A DNA stretch of 63,361 nucleotides, filler included, from Octopus bimaculoides (GCF_001194135.2; 7 parts of 6 records of this genome joined end to end with filler, not necessarily neighbours in it), one strand, 5' to 3'; positions 12,536 through 25,400 are shown, counted from the first letter of the whole stretch. Numbers and translations: made by a program. The notes: generated from the letters alone by a model not told the origin.

Positions 12536-12869
12536 TTTATGCATACACACACACACACATATATATAAATACATACATACATACATACGTATGTTGTGTG
12601 TGTATACATTTGCACGGTTAATAAATGACTGCACACACGCACACACACACACACACATATACATATATATATGTATATGTGTGTGTTTGTGTGTATATAT
12701 ATGTGTGTGTCTGTCTACGTGTGTGTGTATGTGTGTGTTTTGGAGCTATATGAGAGTTTGTCAAGAGGGGAGTGATTTCCGAAACGCTCACAGCTTGGGA
12801 TGTTGTTATCTTCGTTTTCTTTTAAAACTAAGTTTTCTCTATCTATTTCTGTTGTCGATTAGCAGGTAC

Positions 12870-13483
12870 TGACTGGTGGCGTATTTTTCTTAGTCTGGTA
12901 TAACATTCGTGGGTCACTCTCTCTTTATTCACTGTACCTTTCTATGATATGTTTTCACCAGTTCCTAGATATTTGTAGGATTCTTTTGTGGAACAGGAGA
13001 GATAGAGAAATGCACAAGTTTTGAGTTTGGGGGACTGATTTTGCACGTTTATCAATCAAATATGAACACTTCTTTTGGCCAAATTCCATTCCTATGTCAG
13101 CTGAAAATGTTTATTAATTCCAGCGTTTTATTTGGCATTATTAACATTTTTAGCATAGATCTTAGGTCATTCACAAAGAAATTATGGTTTACATGTAACC
13201 ATTTGGTTTTTGTAGCAGGAATGATAATGGATTTCATGCCAAAATGAATAGAATTAGAGAAAGACTATCTCCTTGGAATATTCCCTTTGAAATATTTATA
13301 GTATTAGAGATGATCGTTCCGTTCAAAGTTCTAAGTGTTAGGATCGTTGCTCAGGTATTCGTGAGCCTCACAGTGGAAGCGACTAATATAGCGGGTACTT
13401 TGTTAAGCGTAGAGTGTAGAGACTTCAGCAGTTATGAGCGGGGAATAGTATCTAATGCTTTTCTATAATCAAGCCATGCTCTC
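12870..13483 (-). mobile_element. R4/Dong-type reverse-transcriptase relic
   Basis: Minus-strand translation through stops and frameshifts gives AWLDY-like, GIFQGDSLS, FSADIGMEFGQKKC, YKYLG and NKERVT, homologous to the copy at 49683-51609. Confidence 0.75.
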
Positions 13484-13629
13484 ACAGGGTATATATATAT
13501 ATATATGTATGTATATTAAATATGTCTGAAAATGTGATCTCGGTGAAGAAAAGCCATACAATTCCTAGGCAAAGCAAAGCTGCATTCATTGATTGAATAT
13601 TTATTACTCATACGTAATATTAGTTTCAG

Positions 13630-13805
13630 ATTTTAGCATCAGGCCAGCAATTTCGGGGGGATTACATCGTTCAACTGGCACTTATTTTATCGACCACGAA
13701 AGGTAAAGTCGACCCAGGCGGAATTTGAACTTAGAACGCAAAGCCGGACGAAATGCCGCAAAGCATTTCGCCCGGCGCGCTACCGATTCTGCCAGCTCAC
13801 CACCT
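13630..13805 (-). mobile_element. SINE family B
   Basis: GTCGACCCAGGCGGAATTTGAACTTAGAACG...TTCTGCCAGCTCACCACC. Confidence 0.8.
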
Positions 13806-13907
13806 TATACTCAAATGTTATATTGAGACGGCAATAAATAATTGGGTTATACTGATACCTTGTAACATATATAAGCACATGAATTATTTCCTTATGTGTA
13901 GTATACA

Positions 13908-13947
<40 letters not shown>

Positions 13948-14247
13948 GATACAGGAGTGCATGCGCGTGAGCCCTGGGTGGGTTCATTGGCATATTTTCA
14001 CTAGGTCTGCTTGTCTGCGTATGTCCTTGTTTGTAAATGCGTGTAAATATAAGAATACGTGTAAGGGTTTATACGTGTTCATGTATGTGTGTGTGTGTGT
14101 GTGCATGCCTATGTGAGTGTGTGGTGTGTTTGTTTATGTGTGTGTCTCTGTGTGTGTGTCTGCGTACGAGGGTGTATATGTGTATGTGTGTACGTATGAT
14201 TGTGTGTATATGGAGTGGAATTTCTAGATATGTAGATGGAAACATTG

Positions 14248-14289
<42 letters not shown>

Positions 14290-14355
14290 CAAATACGCAT
14301 GCACATATATTTGTTTGAATGTGTCAGAAAATTTATGAAGAGGATTGTGTGTGGT

Positions 14356-14429
<74 letters not shown>

Positions 14430-14465
14430 CATGTATAAGTATTTGTGCACGTTCTCTTCCACACC

Positions 14466-14578
14466 ATCGTCATCATCATTATCATCACCATCATCATCAT
14501 CAGCATCATCGTAATGATCACTATCATCATCATCATCATCAACATGAACATCAACATCATCATCACCATCATCATCAC

Positions 14579-14628
<50 letters not shown>

Positions 14629-14650
14629 CCAACAACAGCAACAACAACAA
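14466..14650. repeat. (CAT)n microsatellite ending in (CAA)n
   Basis: Direct reading; it is the source of the spurious poly-His/Ile/Met ORFs. Confidence 0.9.
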
Positions 14651-15197
14651 AATCTTCCGTTGGGTGGTACTGTTCAAATAGCTAAAATGCTTCTGTCATA
14701 CCTTTGCCAGCAACAATTCACAAGTTACGCTCTTATATCTGAGTTTAGATATTAAAGTTATGAATATTTTCGTATATACACACACACATATATATATATA
14801 TCTGTGGGTGTGTATATATGTGTGTGTGTGTGTTTGTATACCTACACCATATATGCAGAGTTATGCATATTTATGAGTATGCATTTTCAAATGCTTCTAA
14901 AAATGCACGCATATTTCTCCGTGAAAGAATTTTATAAAAATATACATATCTATATTTATAAATACGCTCGTTTGTGTTTGTGCATATAATAGACACCCGC
15001 TGTCTGGGTCCCGACATGTCTGTACAACGATGATAAAAATTGCCTCTAAACACTTAGAGTAAACGGGAAACGCAGGTATCCAACAAACCCTGCACTGTTA
15101 TTGGACGAAAATATAATTACGGAAAGGGAAAATAATTTATTAAAGTATGTAGTAGAGAAATGAGTTTATTTAGTTATTTATTATTGTTGCTATTGTT

Positions 15198-15290
15198 AAG
15201 GCGGTGAGCTGGCAGAATCCTTAGCGAACCGGGCAAAATGTTTAGCTTTACCTTTTTCCAGTTCTCTATGTTCTCAGTCCGAACACAAGT
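15198..15290 (+). mobile_element. SINE family B, 5' head only
   Basis: GGCGGTGAGCTGGCAGAATCCTTAGC...CGGGCAAAATGTTTAGC. Confidence 0.6.
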
Positions 15291-15359
15291 TTGAAACTGA
15301 TGCTCGGCAATAAAATTAAGGTATTTTTCGATTTTGTTGTTATTATTATTATTATTATT

Positions 15360-15433
15360 GAGGTCACTGCCTGGAATCGAACTCGGAATCTTGGGGTTAG
15401 TCGCCCGTGCTCTTAACCAGTACGTCATATGCC
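15360..15433 (-). mobile_element. tRNA-like short SINE or tRNA pseudogene with (TAA)n tail
   Basis: The minus strand reads GGCATATGACGTACTGGTTAAGAGCACGGGCGACTAACCCCAAGATTCCGAGTTCGATTCCAGGCAGTGACCTC: tRNA length, with A-box and GTTCGATTCC B-box. The stems are imperfect and it is followed by (AAT)n. Confidence 0.7.
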
Positions 15434-16220
15434 GTTAGGTTAAAATTTGTGGAGGATGGTGAGGCAGAAAATAAGAAAATCCAGTCGTCTGTTTCAGCGC
15501 ATCTGAATCTGGTGACGCTGAATGTGCTTCCACTATCGTGTTGCTGGCGACCAACGTTTTATAATGTACTTAGTGTTTGTATGAGTAAGGGCTGAATGAC
15601 TCGCTCTTGACATTAATTATACGTGTGGTGTGGTGTAATTTTGTTTTATCAATAAAAGACATTTACCTTTCTACGATATTGTGTACATACGTATACACAC
15701 ACACGCGCTCACACACGTGTGTGTATATATATGTATATATGTGCATGTATAAATGTGTGTGTCACTCCGAGCAATTCAGTTCAAAATATAACTGCCATTT
15801 GCAGATTCAGTCTGGTGCTTCGAAAATAATTTCAACAGAAAAAAAGATCATCGTAGCCTTCATCCTCTTCCTCTTGTTGTTATTGTTGTTCTTCTACCGT
15901 GGTCGTCGCGATCGTTGTACTCGTGATGATGATGATGATGACGACGATGCTGCTGCTGCTGCTGCTGATGATGATGATGATGAACAAAAACAGGAAGAGC
16001 AACGATGACGACGATGATAGGAGAAAAATGTCTTTATTTGCCAAACAAGCTTCTCTGTTCCCACCCCACATCGCAAAAAAAAAAATGTAAAAATAAAGAG
16101 ATTTTGGGAAAAAAGAACTTTTGCAAGCATAACAAAAATAATGTTTATATGTTTGGTATACGTTATACAAATAATACGCTATGTGTACATATCAATGTGT
16201 GTATGTATGTGTGTGTGCGC

Positions 16221-16268
<48 letters not shown>

Positions 16269-17249
16269 NNNNNNNNNNNNNNNNNNNNNNNNNNNNNNNN
16301 NNNNNNNNNNNNTTAATTAATTAANNNNNNNNNNNNNNNNNNNNNNNNNNNNNNNNNNNNNNNNNNNNTGGGTAGGGGTGGGTGGTGGGTGTAAGGAATT
16401 GGATGGGGTGGAGTGGGAAGGTAGAGTAGGAGTGAGTTGGGGTGTGGTGGGATGAGCTTATGAGAAAGAATATTCAAAAGGAATATTTTATTGACCTTAT
16501 ATTAAGTGCTCTATTACTTTGAGCAAATAGATATATATATATACATATATATATATACATATATTTTATACATTTATTTACGCATGTGTTTTTATGTACA
16601 TTTATATTTTTTATATATATTTATATTTTGTATATCTGAAACTTTAATTTAATTATAATTTTAAATATTACTGTGTCACATTAAACATATATCTTTCAGA
16701 AATTTGGATATGGATTTCCTGTGAATATTATTAATACAGTATATAAATATAAGCATGTACGTATGTTTATATGCATGTGTGTAGAATAGCAAAACTGCTA
16801 CGGCGTCGTACAAACGACTTGTTAAGCACTGGTAGCCAATATAACAAGACTGTTCCCGCCCATCAAATTTGAAGCCTTGTCTCTATGTAACACATTAATA
16901 TTTAACTTAAAACCTTGTGAATAAAATCTCACGTTCTTTCTTCCTCACTCTGATGACCAAAGATCATTAGTGACGTCTTTGACAAACGATAAATGCTTGC
17001 TCTATGATTTTCACTTGGATTACAAAAGTGATTTCCTGTTGCCTTCCTTCCGGTAATTTTTTTGTAAGACACCATCTTGCTATCTTAACATAATCATGGT
17101 CTTCACAACAGCTTACAAATCCAGAATGTAAAGAGCCGTGATAAAAATACCAAAAGACATTATTGCTGCACTTTCTCGCAATTCTACTAGTTTCCTACCC
17201 TTGACCTGTTACTTTTTTTTATCAACCCCTCAAGAATAAACTTACTAAA

Positions 17250-17640
17250 GCGCTTCATTCCCTATGGAGCATAGGCCATCAATTACTTTTCTCTGCTGTT
17301 CCCAGTCCTGGACTGTCCTTTCTGCTTCTCTCCAGTTTGATCCCTGTTTCTCTCAGCTGTGTAGTTTTGCAGCATCCAGTCAGATTTTGCAGCTTCGCGT
17401 CATATGCTTGTTCTCCTGAGGGGAGGCCTTCCCCTCCCAGGTCCAGTAGGTTGTGAACTGTTATCGATGCTTCTGTAACATGACCTTTTTTTTTCTTTCT
17501 GGGTAAGGGTGTTGGCCTTATGCAAACCCATTTGTATTTCTGGTAAAAGGTAGTCCATACTAATCTGGCTTTTATCTTTTGACTTGTCCAGCAAATGAGA
17601 CTTTCCGCTGGCATAGTACTCAAGGTCATTAAGATCTGGA
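17250..17640 (-). mobile_element. RTE-clade LINE 3' end relic
   Basis: Frameshifted translation gives GPGRGRPPLRRT and WREAERTVQDWEQQRKVIDGLCSIGNEAL*, matching the RTE ORF C-terminal pattern (RGRP...W..AQDR..W...LC). Confidence 0.65.
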
Positions 17641-19156
17641 CCTTGTGGTGGTCTTAAAAATGACAGGCAAAGTTAATCTCGGTTATATTTGAAATAGGAA
17701 CATATAAGAACTAGAAAAATACCGCAAAACATTTCTTCAGGCGCATCTAAGGATTCTACTAGCTTGCAGCTTATACAAAAACCTTTTTTCAGCAAATTAT
17801 GCTCAAGGCTCATTGGCAAAGTCGCTGGAACGTCGGATAGAATGCCTCGTGGTATTTGTTCCGACTATCTGGAAACTAAGTTCAAATCACATCAAGGTCA
17901 ACTTTGCTTTCCATTCTTTCAGGGTCGATAAAGTGAAGTACCAATCCTGTGGTACTGTGGCTGTGGATTGTGAAACAGTAAGACTGTCGGACTGTATGCA
18001 TTGCGATTTTTGCTCCGGCTCTTTGCGTTCTGAGTTCAAATCAAGCCAAGGTTTAACATCACTACCTGGTCCTTAGGGGATCTGTAGCGAAGGTTTTTTT
18101 TTTTTTTTTTTTGCTACTAGTATTCATATTGTGTTGTCTTCCCTATCAGGATACATGCTATCCACGAGGAGAGAGGGAATTAAAGGGGCCTCAGAGAAGA
18201 GACACGTTAGATATCGTCAGTTCACTGAATCCTTTCAGACCTTTTGATCGTTTTGAAAATTAATTGAAAGCCAGTTTATTCTAATAGAAAGGTGGACGTG
18301 AGAAGGGGGATTTAGCTGCTATAGAAAACAGAAGGTCGAGCGACTACATTGTGTTGTCACCCGTTGGGACATGTTATTTAACTCCAGGTCAGCCCTGATC
18401 CAATAGGCGTAAGAAGAAAGGCGCTCTAGCCTTGGCTATCCCACCTTTTTTTTTATGTGTATCAGAAAATTGCAGGAGGTTTATTTGTTCTTTCTAGATA
18501 ACCGGGTGACAACAAATAACTGGCAAGAGTAACCTTTTTCTAGAAGGGGACCGCATGAGACATGGCTCATCATTAGAAGGGTTGATCTACTAAAAAGAAT
18601 TCAAAGTAATTTTTCGTCAGGCCATTCAGAAAGTCCCGCGGGCCACCGTTTACCCATGACTAACTTCCCTTCCCTGTTCGTAAAATCTTCGGTTGATTCT
18701 ACATTGCTGCTGCTGCTGCTGCTGCTGCTGGTGGTGGTGGTGTTGTTTAACCCCGAGTGAGTACAGATCGCGTAGGCCTATAACTGTTATCGCTGATGTT
18801 GCTACTGTTATTTAACCTTAAATCAGCTCCGGCTTAGCAAACCTATCACCAACAGCATTCCAACCGTACCCATCCTATTCGTTTCTACGTAAGGCTTGCA
18901 GTGGTTAGCGTGTTCTTTATTTTTGAAACGACGTTGAATGATTTTAAGAATCATTGGCTACTATTTCTTGCAAGTAAGCTTGGTTGGCTATTATTGTTGT
19001 TGTTGTTGTTGTTGTTGTTCTTGTCGAGGTCGACGTCGTTTTTGTTGTTGTTATTATTGTCCTTGTTTTTGTTACTGTTGACCTATAAAAGGCGCACCTC
19101 GAATGATAACTTGAAATAAAATTCTCAAATCCTTGTAACATTCACTTCCCAATTTA

Positions 19157-19210
<54 letters not shown>

Positions 19211-19613
19211 ATATACACACACACACACATGCACACACATACGCATTCTCCCTTACACCTACTCAAGCGTGCTGTTACACACACACACACATTCATTTAC
19301 ACATTCTCTAGTACATCCACATAGACTCTTGTTTCAAACATACACGCATGCATGTAGGTACGCATAGGTCCACGTATGCGCGTGAGTGCATAAATATATA
19401 CACGCATGCATGTATCAATTTATATATGACATCACACATATATATGCATTGCATGCATATCTTACACACTCATATAGTATAATATTTTGTTATAGGCGGC
19501 GTGCTAGCACGTCGGACAAAATGCTTAGCGGTATTTCGTCCGTTTTTACGTTCTGAGTTCAAATTCCGCCGAGATCGACTTTGCATTTCATCCTTTCAGG
19601 GTCGATGATATAA

Positions 19614-20361
19614 GGGTACTTCTTGGTTATCTCACCCTCATTTAAAAGTTGCCATTAAAGAATTGGGTTATTTCCCCACTAAAAAATTGAATTTATTTGG
19701 CGACAAGAGATTGGATTAAAGAATTAGATCCTTTTGATTCAATACTTCAACACGTTGTTGACGTTTGGCCTCCTCAATAGGCATGGTTTGATTTGTTATA
19801 AAAATGTTATCAGCCTGCTAACCAACCACATGGTTCCGGGTTCAGTCCCACTGCGTGGCACCTTGGGCAAGTGTCTTCTACTATAGCCTCAGGGCGACCA
19901 AAGCCTTGTGAGTGGATTTAGTAGACGGAAACTGAAAGAAGCCCGTCGTATATATGTATGTATATATATATATGTATGTGTGTTTGCGTGTCTGTGTTTG
20001 TCCCCCCACCATTGCTGGTGTGTTTACGTCCCCGTAACTTAGCGTTTCGGCAAAAGAGACCGATAGAATAAGTACTAGGCTTCCAAAGAATAAGTCCTGG
20101 GGTCGATTTGCTCGACTAAAGGCGATACTCCAGCATGGCCGCAGTCAAATGACTGAAACAAGTAAAAGAGTAAAAGAGTAAAAGAGATTCGGTAAGATGT
20201 TTAATTTTTTCAGTTTTCATGTTTATTAATTAAAATTTTTTTATTATTGAGGGTTAAACAATTTTTTAGTTGAGGGAGATAACCAAAAGTATCGATATTT
20301 CTCGTAAAACGGGGAGAGATAACCCAATTTTTTAATGGGGATGAAATAACCAAAAAGTACT
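19614..20361. mobile_element. Non-autonomous TIR element (PIF/Harbinger-like MITE), copy 1, containing SINE A
   Basis: The left end GGGTACTTCTTGGTTATCTCACCC is complementary to the right-end GGGGATGAAATAACCAAAAAGTAC. It has repeated subterminal GGTTATYTCNCCC motifs and is preceded by TAA. Confidence 0.6.
19813..20186 (+). mobile_element. SINE family A (5' trimmed)
   Basis: Near-consensus AACCACATGGTTCCGGGTTCAGTCCC...GACTGAAACAAGTAAAAGAG. Confidence 0.85.
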
Positions 20362-21007
20362 GAAACAAGTACCAGTTAAGTACTAGGGTCGATGTAATCG
20401 ACTACTCAACCCACCTGCCCCCAAATTTCAGTCCTTGTGTGCCTATAATATGAAGGATTATATATATTATATTATATTATATTATATTATATTATATCAT
20501 ATTATTCTTCCCCGCACAATGTGGCTTATTTGCGACTGGTCGTATGGTGAGGAGGATATTCAGAGTGACTGAGGTCGGAGACAAGCTGCAGCGAGCTGCC
20601 GCGACCAGGGAACGTACTGAGGCGCCTTTACAGTTAGCTCACCTACCTTTGTCCTCTTGTAACAAATAACAGTACGAAACACAACTTTTCGTTGAATGTT
20701 GGACAGACGCAGAGGGTGTGCGACCAGGACAGCCGCCAGTTGCTGAAACAGACGGTTCTGGATTTCACGAAGGAAGATATGACAGGGCCTAGTCGACATG
20801 CTAGTTAACCCATAGCTGGAACCCTAACAGGTGCTACTATTCCGGGTCAGAATAGACCTGGGAACAGTAGTAGTTAAGAGGGAGTCCCACGTTCCTTAAA
20901 ACCCCGGAGCTCCCGTACCAAGGACTCATGACCGGATGGCGTTTAAAGTCGTGCCCAGGACACATCCAGAGCCAAGTGTTTATATGTGTGTGTGTGTGTG
21001 TGTGTGT

Positions 21008-21179
21008 TATTTCTTTACTACCCACAAGGGGCTACACACAGAGGGGACAAACAAAGACAGACAAACGGATTAAGTCGATTATATCGACCCCAGTGCGTAA
21101 CTGGTACTTATTTAATCGACCCCGAAAGGATCAAAGGCAAAGTAGACCTCGGCGGAATTTGAACTCAGAACGTAGCGTG
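21008..21179 (-). mobile_element. SINE family B running into a gap
   Basis: ATCGACCCCAGTGCGTAACTGGTACTTATTTAATCGACCCCGAAAGG...GAACTCAGAACG. Confidence 0.8.
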
Positions 21180-21714
21180 NNNNNNNNNNNNNNNNNNNNN
21201 NNNNNNNNNNNNNNNNNNNNNNNNNNNNNNNNNNNNNNNNNNNNNNNNNNNNNNNNNNNNNNNNNNNNNNNNNNNNNNNNNNNNNNNNNNNNNNNNNNNN
21301 NNNNNNNNNNNNNNNNNNNNNNNNNNNNNNNNNNNNNNNNNNNNNNNNNNNNNNNNNNNNNNNNNNNNNNNNNNNNNNNNNNNNNNNNNNNNNNNNNNNN
21401 NNNNNNNNNNNNNNNNNNNNNNNNNNNNNNNNNNNNNNNNNNNNNNNNNNNNNNNNNNNNNNNNNNNNNNNNNNNNNNNNNNNNNNNNNNNNNNNNNNNN
21501 NNNNNNNNNNNNNNNNNNNNNNNNNNNNNNNNNNNNNNNNNNNNNNNNNNNNNNNNNNNNNNNNNNNNNNNNNNNNNNNNNNNNNNNNNNNNNNNNNNNN
21601 NNNNNNNNNNNNNNNNNNNNNNNNNNNNNNNNNNNNNNNNNNNNNNNNNNNNNNNNNNNNNNNNNNNNNNNNNNNNNNNNNNNNNNNNNNNNNNNNNNNN
21701 NNNNNNTATATATA

Positions 21715-21860
21715 TATGGTATTCGGTCAGTTACGTTGATCCGATCAATGGAACAGCCTGCTCGTGAAATTAACGTCGGCTGGCTGAGCACTCCACAGAC
21801 ATGCATATCCTTAACGTAACATTCAGTGAGATTCAACGTGACACAGAGTGTGACGGGCTA
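21715..21860 (-). mobile_element. SINE family C / RTE-type tail
   Basis: GATCCGATCAATGGAACAGCCTGCTCGTGAAATTAACG...GGCTGAGCACTCCACAGAC; related to 8786-8945. Confidence 0.7.
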
Positions 21861-21954
21861 GAGCACCAATATACGGGGAAATAGGCTGTTATTTCTATTC
21901 TAACGGTCTCGTCGTTGCTCCACACATTTCCCATGTTCCATATTCACTGACCAG

Positions 21955-22050
21955 GCATCAGTCGGCCCGGGGCTATAATAGAAGACATTGGCTCAAAATA
22001 TCGCGCAGTGGGACTGAACCCATAACCACGTGATTGGAAATGGGCTTCTT
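21955..22050 (-). mobile_element. SINE family A, 5' half
   Basis: GGCCCGGGGCTATAATAGAAGACA...GCAGTGGGACTGAACCC. Confidence 0.7.
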
Positions 22051-22670
22051 AAACCTACTAGAATATCTCTCTGCCTGTATCCTTCATCCTTCCTTCTTTT
22101 TTTTCTGCTATTTCTAAACATTCCAAACCACCACATAGTTTTCAACTTTTGTGAAGGTTAATAATAATTCTACGACGAATTGGGCGAGAACTTTTACATG
22201 GTTAGTGTAAAAATAAATGAGATGAAATCTGATATCAAGGTTGGAGATTTTTTGTTATATATATATAACAAGCTTAATACGATAAAAGGACTCATAATAA
22301 TTGTTTAGGTTTACAGTGAATGAGGTGTGGTTCCTATTGTCTTATAAAGACCTTCATTAAACACCCACCGCCGCATTATCGCGAACTGTCTATCATTCGA
22401 TGCTACTTTGAAATTAGATCCCTCGCTGAAGACTTTCAGTAGACTTCTTTCTTTCTGCTAGGTTGGTGGACTAGTAAAAGTGGGTAGGTAGGCAGGTAGG
22501 TAGGCAGGTAGGTAGGCTTCAGATGGGTCGGGAGATATGGAAAGAGATAGGTCGAAGGGTTGGTTGATAGGGAGGTAGGTAGGTGGGTGAGTAGGTAAGT
22601 AGGAAGATAGATAGATAGACAAGAGTTTAGGCAGATAGATAGATAGAGACAGACAGACAGACAGATAGAC

Positions 22671-22720
<50 letters not shown>

Positions 22721-23380
22721 GGATTCGTTAGTAGGTAGGAGTTCATATGTACGGAGGGAGGGAGACAGAAAGGTAGAAGGGTGGATAGGGAGTTGAGAGG
22801 GTTGGAACATAGGTACCGCAGTTTGTTCTTGTTTGTTTTTTATTTGTGGAGGAAAACATCTGATAGTAGTGAAGAGGCGGAAAGGCGGCGGGATTTGTGA
22901 TGGAAGAGGAGGAGAGGGGAAAAGCAGTAATTGTGTTGTAGATGTTGTGGCTTGATGTGTCTATATCTGAATTGGGGGTTTAATTGTTTGGGTTGTTTCT
23001 TTGAAGGTCGATAGAAACCAAAAATGTCTGCCTTCAAGATGAAGAAACATGGACAGGAAAGAAAGATAACAACTTAGGTTCTTGAGAAGTAGAGTTAGGG
23101 AAGGTGTTATGAGGAACGTACACGCACTCGCATCAGTGTGTTTGTACGTGTGCATATACATACACATACACACACATACACATACATACATACATGTCTA
23201 GACATGCAACTATATGCATGTAATTANNNNNNNNNNNNNNNNNNNNNNNNNNNNNNNNNNNNNNNNNNNNTTAATTAATTAANNNNNNNNNNNNNNNNNN
23301 NNNNNNNNNNNNNNNNNNNNNNNNNNCATTCCTGTCAGGTATTTTAACCAGAAGTTAGGGATCATTATTATTATTATTAT

Positions 23381-23434
<54 letters not shown>

Positions 23435-23436
23435 CA

Positions 23437-24333
23437 TTACCTCCGCCTTAGCGAAGGCGGAGGTATTGTTTTCAGTCATGTTTGTTTGTATGTTTGCCCG
23501 TGGACCAGATATTTTGAACAATTGCAAGATTGATTCGGATGAAACTTTCAGGGATGTTTGGCCTAGTGACTGGTACGAACTGATTAAATTTAGGGATCGA
23601 TCCGGTACCGGACAAGGATTCTGCATTATTTGTTATATTTACTTTACATGATTACGATCTTACGTTGACTTTAAAGTCTTTCGCAATTATTTCCCTTCAG
23701 GCTCTTTCCAAAATTTTCTTTTCTTTTCTCTATTATTAATTTTACTCGCGTCTCTATCTTAGTAGAAACTGTTGGATAAAGAAATCAAACTACATAAGCA
23801 AACGGCAGCAAAACAATTCAGAAATTAAATAACACTAACATATTTTTATAATATATATATTATATATTATACATACATATTAACACTTTACAGTATACTT
23901 ACATATATACATACATCTATATATTAATCTAAAATAACAGGAATACTAAAGGGAGGCCGGAATTTAAAAGAAGAGAAAACCAAAAGGTCTCATGCTATTC
24001 ATTTAAAAATTCCTGAGTAGAGCATTACCTCCGCCTTTGAAATTATTTTGAATGGTGAGTTTATTAACTTTGGCTTGTATTAAATACAGATAAACTATTT
24101 ATTACTGTTACTAAATTTTCTACATCGGAATTGATCAGGTACCGGATTCTGGATTATTTTTCCGGGTTTTTTTTACTTAATTTTTGAGAGCGGTCGGGTT
24201 CACTTTTAGTTTTCTCGTTTGTGAGAGCAGTCGTGTTTATTTCAGATATTCACATATTAAAATCATCTCTGACTAATCGTTGAGAAGACGTTTGTGTTGC
24301 CTTGGAGGAGGTCTGTGCTCTCTGAGTGCTCTT
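23437..24333 (+). mobile_element. Helentron-associated (HINE/DINE-1-like) non-autonomous element, interrupted
   Basis: 5' hairpin TACCTCCGCCTT-AGCG-AAGGCGGAGGTA (23438-23465) followed by a (GTTT)n-like tract. The 3' end CTTGGAGGAGGTCTGTGCTCTCTGAGTGCTCTT has a subterminal inverted repeat plus a small stem-loop. Confidence 0.6.
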
Positions 24334-24559
24334 ATTATAATTCTTAGGCCCGCGTATCTGAGCAAAATGTTAGCAGGATACTTTCGCCATGTAGACGGCA
24401 GGCTACTGCATTGTGTTTTCAACGACATCAGTTCTTTGATAGGGTTGCGTACAAGGTAGGGTGGCATATTGGTGCGAGTCAGCAGTAGCTCAGTCGTCGT
24501 GCAGTGGAGTGTTAGCATATTAGCAGTACAATTAATGTTGGGGGATCAATATAGATGAG

Positions 24560-25400
24560 ACGGACTGCATGGACTAAATACCCTGTTCTTGTGTGTAGAA
24601 CAGTCAGGCCTAGGGTGCTTTCTCTGGATTGTCAGCTACCACTGGCTAAAAGTTCATTAACAGGGCGTACTTCTGGCAGCAACAATATGATTGTTCATTC
24701 TTTCTGTTGATAAATACTGCAGGTTGGTCAAGTATGTGTAGTCTCTTGGGGAGACAAAATTGGCAGTTGCGAGTTCCAGGTTAGTAAGTGAGAGGGTTGT
24801 CGATGACATTCCACTTGATGTTGGGTAAGTCTTTCCAGTAGTCTCAAAGTTTCCAGATAAAGTAGGATAGTGGAATGGAGATTTCCTATTCCTGTTTCTG
24901 AAGAAGTGCATATGCTGTGTGCATCTCTCTTAAAATTATTGGCTGTCATACTATGCAGTATCTTATGATGCCATCGAAGGTGAGAGAAGGACTCTATAGA
25001 CTACATTATTTGAGAGACAGGATTCTCTCAGTGGGCAATTGCTAGGATTTGGAAATTTACAGGTTGGGGTGTGAACGGAGCCTTATGTTTGGGTCTGTTG
25101 TACTGAGCAATGATTTAAATGATGCTATCTAAGTAGGAGTAACTGACCTTAATACTGTGCAGATTGAAACTCTAAGGAAATGATTTTCATTAGCGCCAGG
25201 GGGATCCTAGCTATGACAGTTGAAGCTTATAGCATGAATAAAGGATTGAATAAGATTATCTTTCTCTTTTTTATTCTCTTCGGGTTCGGGTACGAGGCTA
25301 GGGTGTCCTCTGTATACACTAACTTATCGGTGAATCCACTCCTCGCTAACGCTTCCACAGTATTAATATCACATGACCTGAGCTGACTAATAGAGGCTTA
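24560..25400 (-). mobile_element. Penelope-like element (PLE), RT C-terminus, linker and GIY-YIG endonuclease relic
   Basis: Minus-strand translation gives RKIILFNP, CKFPNPSNCPLRESCLSNNVVYR (Cys-rich linker), ERCTQHMHFFRN and NCQFCLPKRLHIL...INRKNEQSYCC, matching the PLE pattern FNPP...CNC..CPL.G.CL..VVY...CxLCLxEK...LNxRxE...CRH. Confidence 0.75.

Larger units (their letters stand above)
19495..20460 (+). mobile_element. SINE family B split by MITE insertion (parts 19495-19613 and 20362-20460)
   Basis: The head through GTCGATGATATAAG lies left of the MITE; AAGTACCAG...GGGTCGATGTAATCGAC resumes right of it. Confidence 0.7.

Noticed and set aside
14345-14755. Poly-His/poly-Gln ORF resembling a transcription-factor low-complexity tract
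   Set aside because: It arises from (GT)n and (CAT)n repeats, and all frames give homopolymers.
20520-20975. GC-richer block that might be an RTE/RTEX 3' end
   Set aside because: It is probably TE-derived, but I could not recover a diagnostic peptide motif, so it is not listed as a feature.
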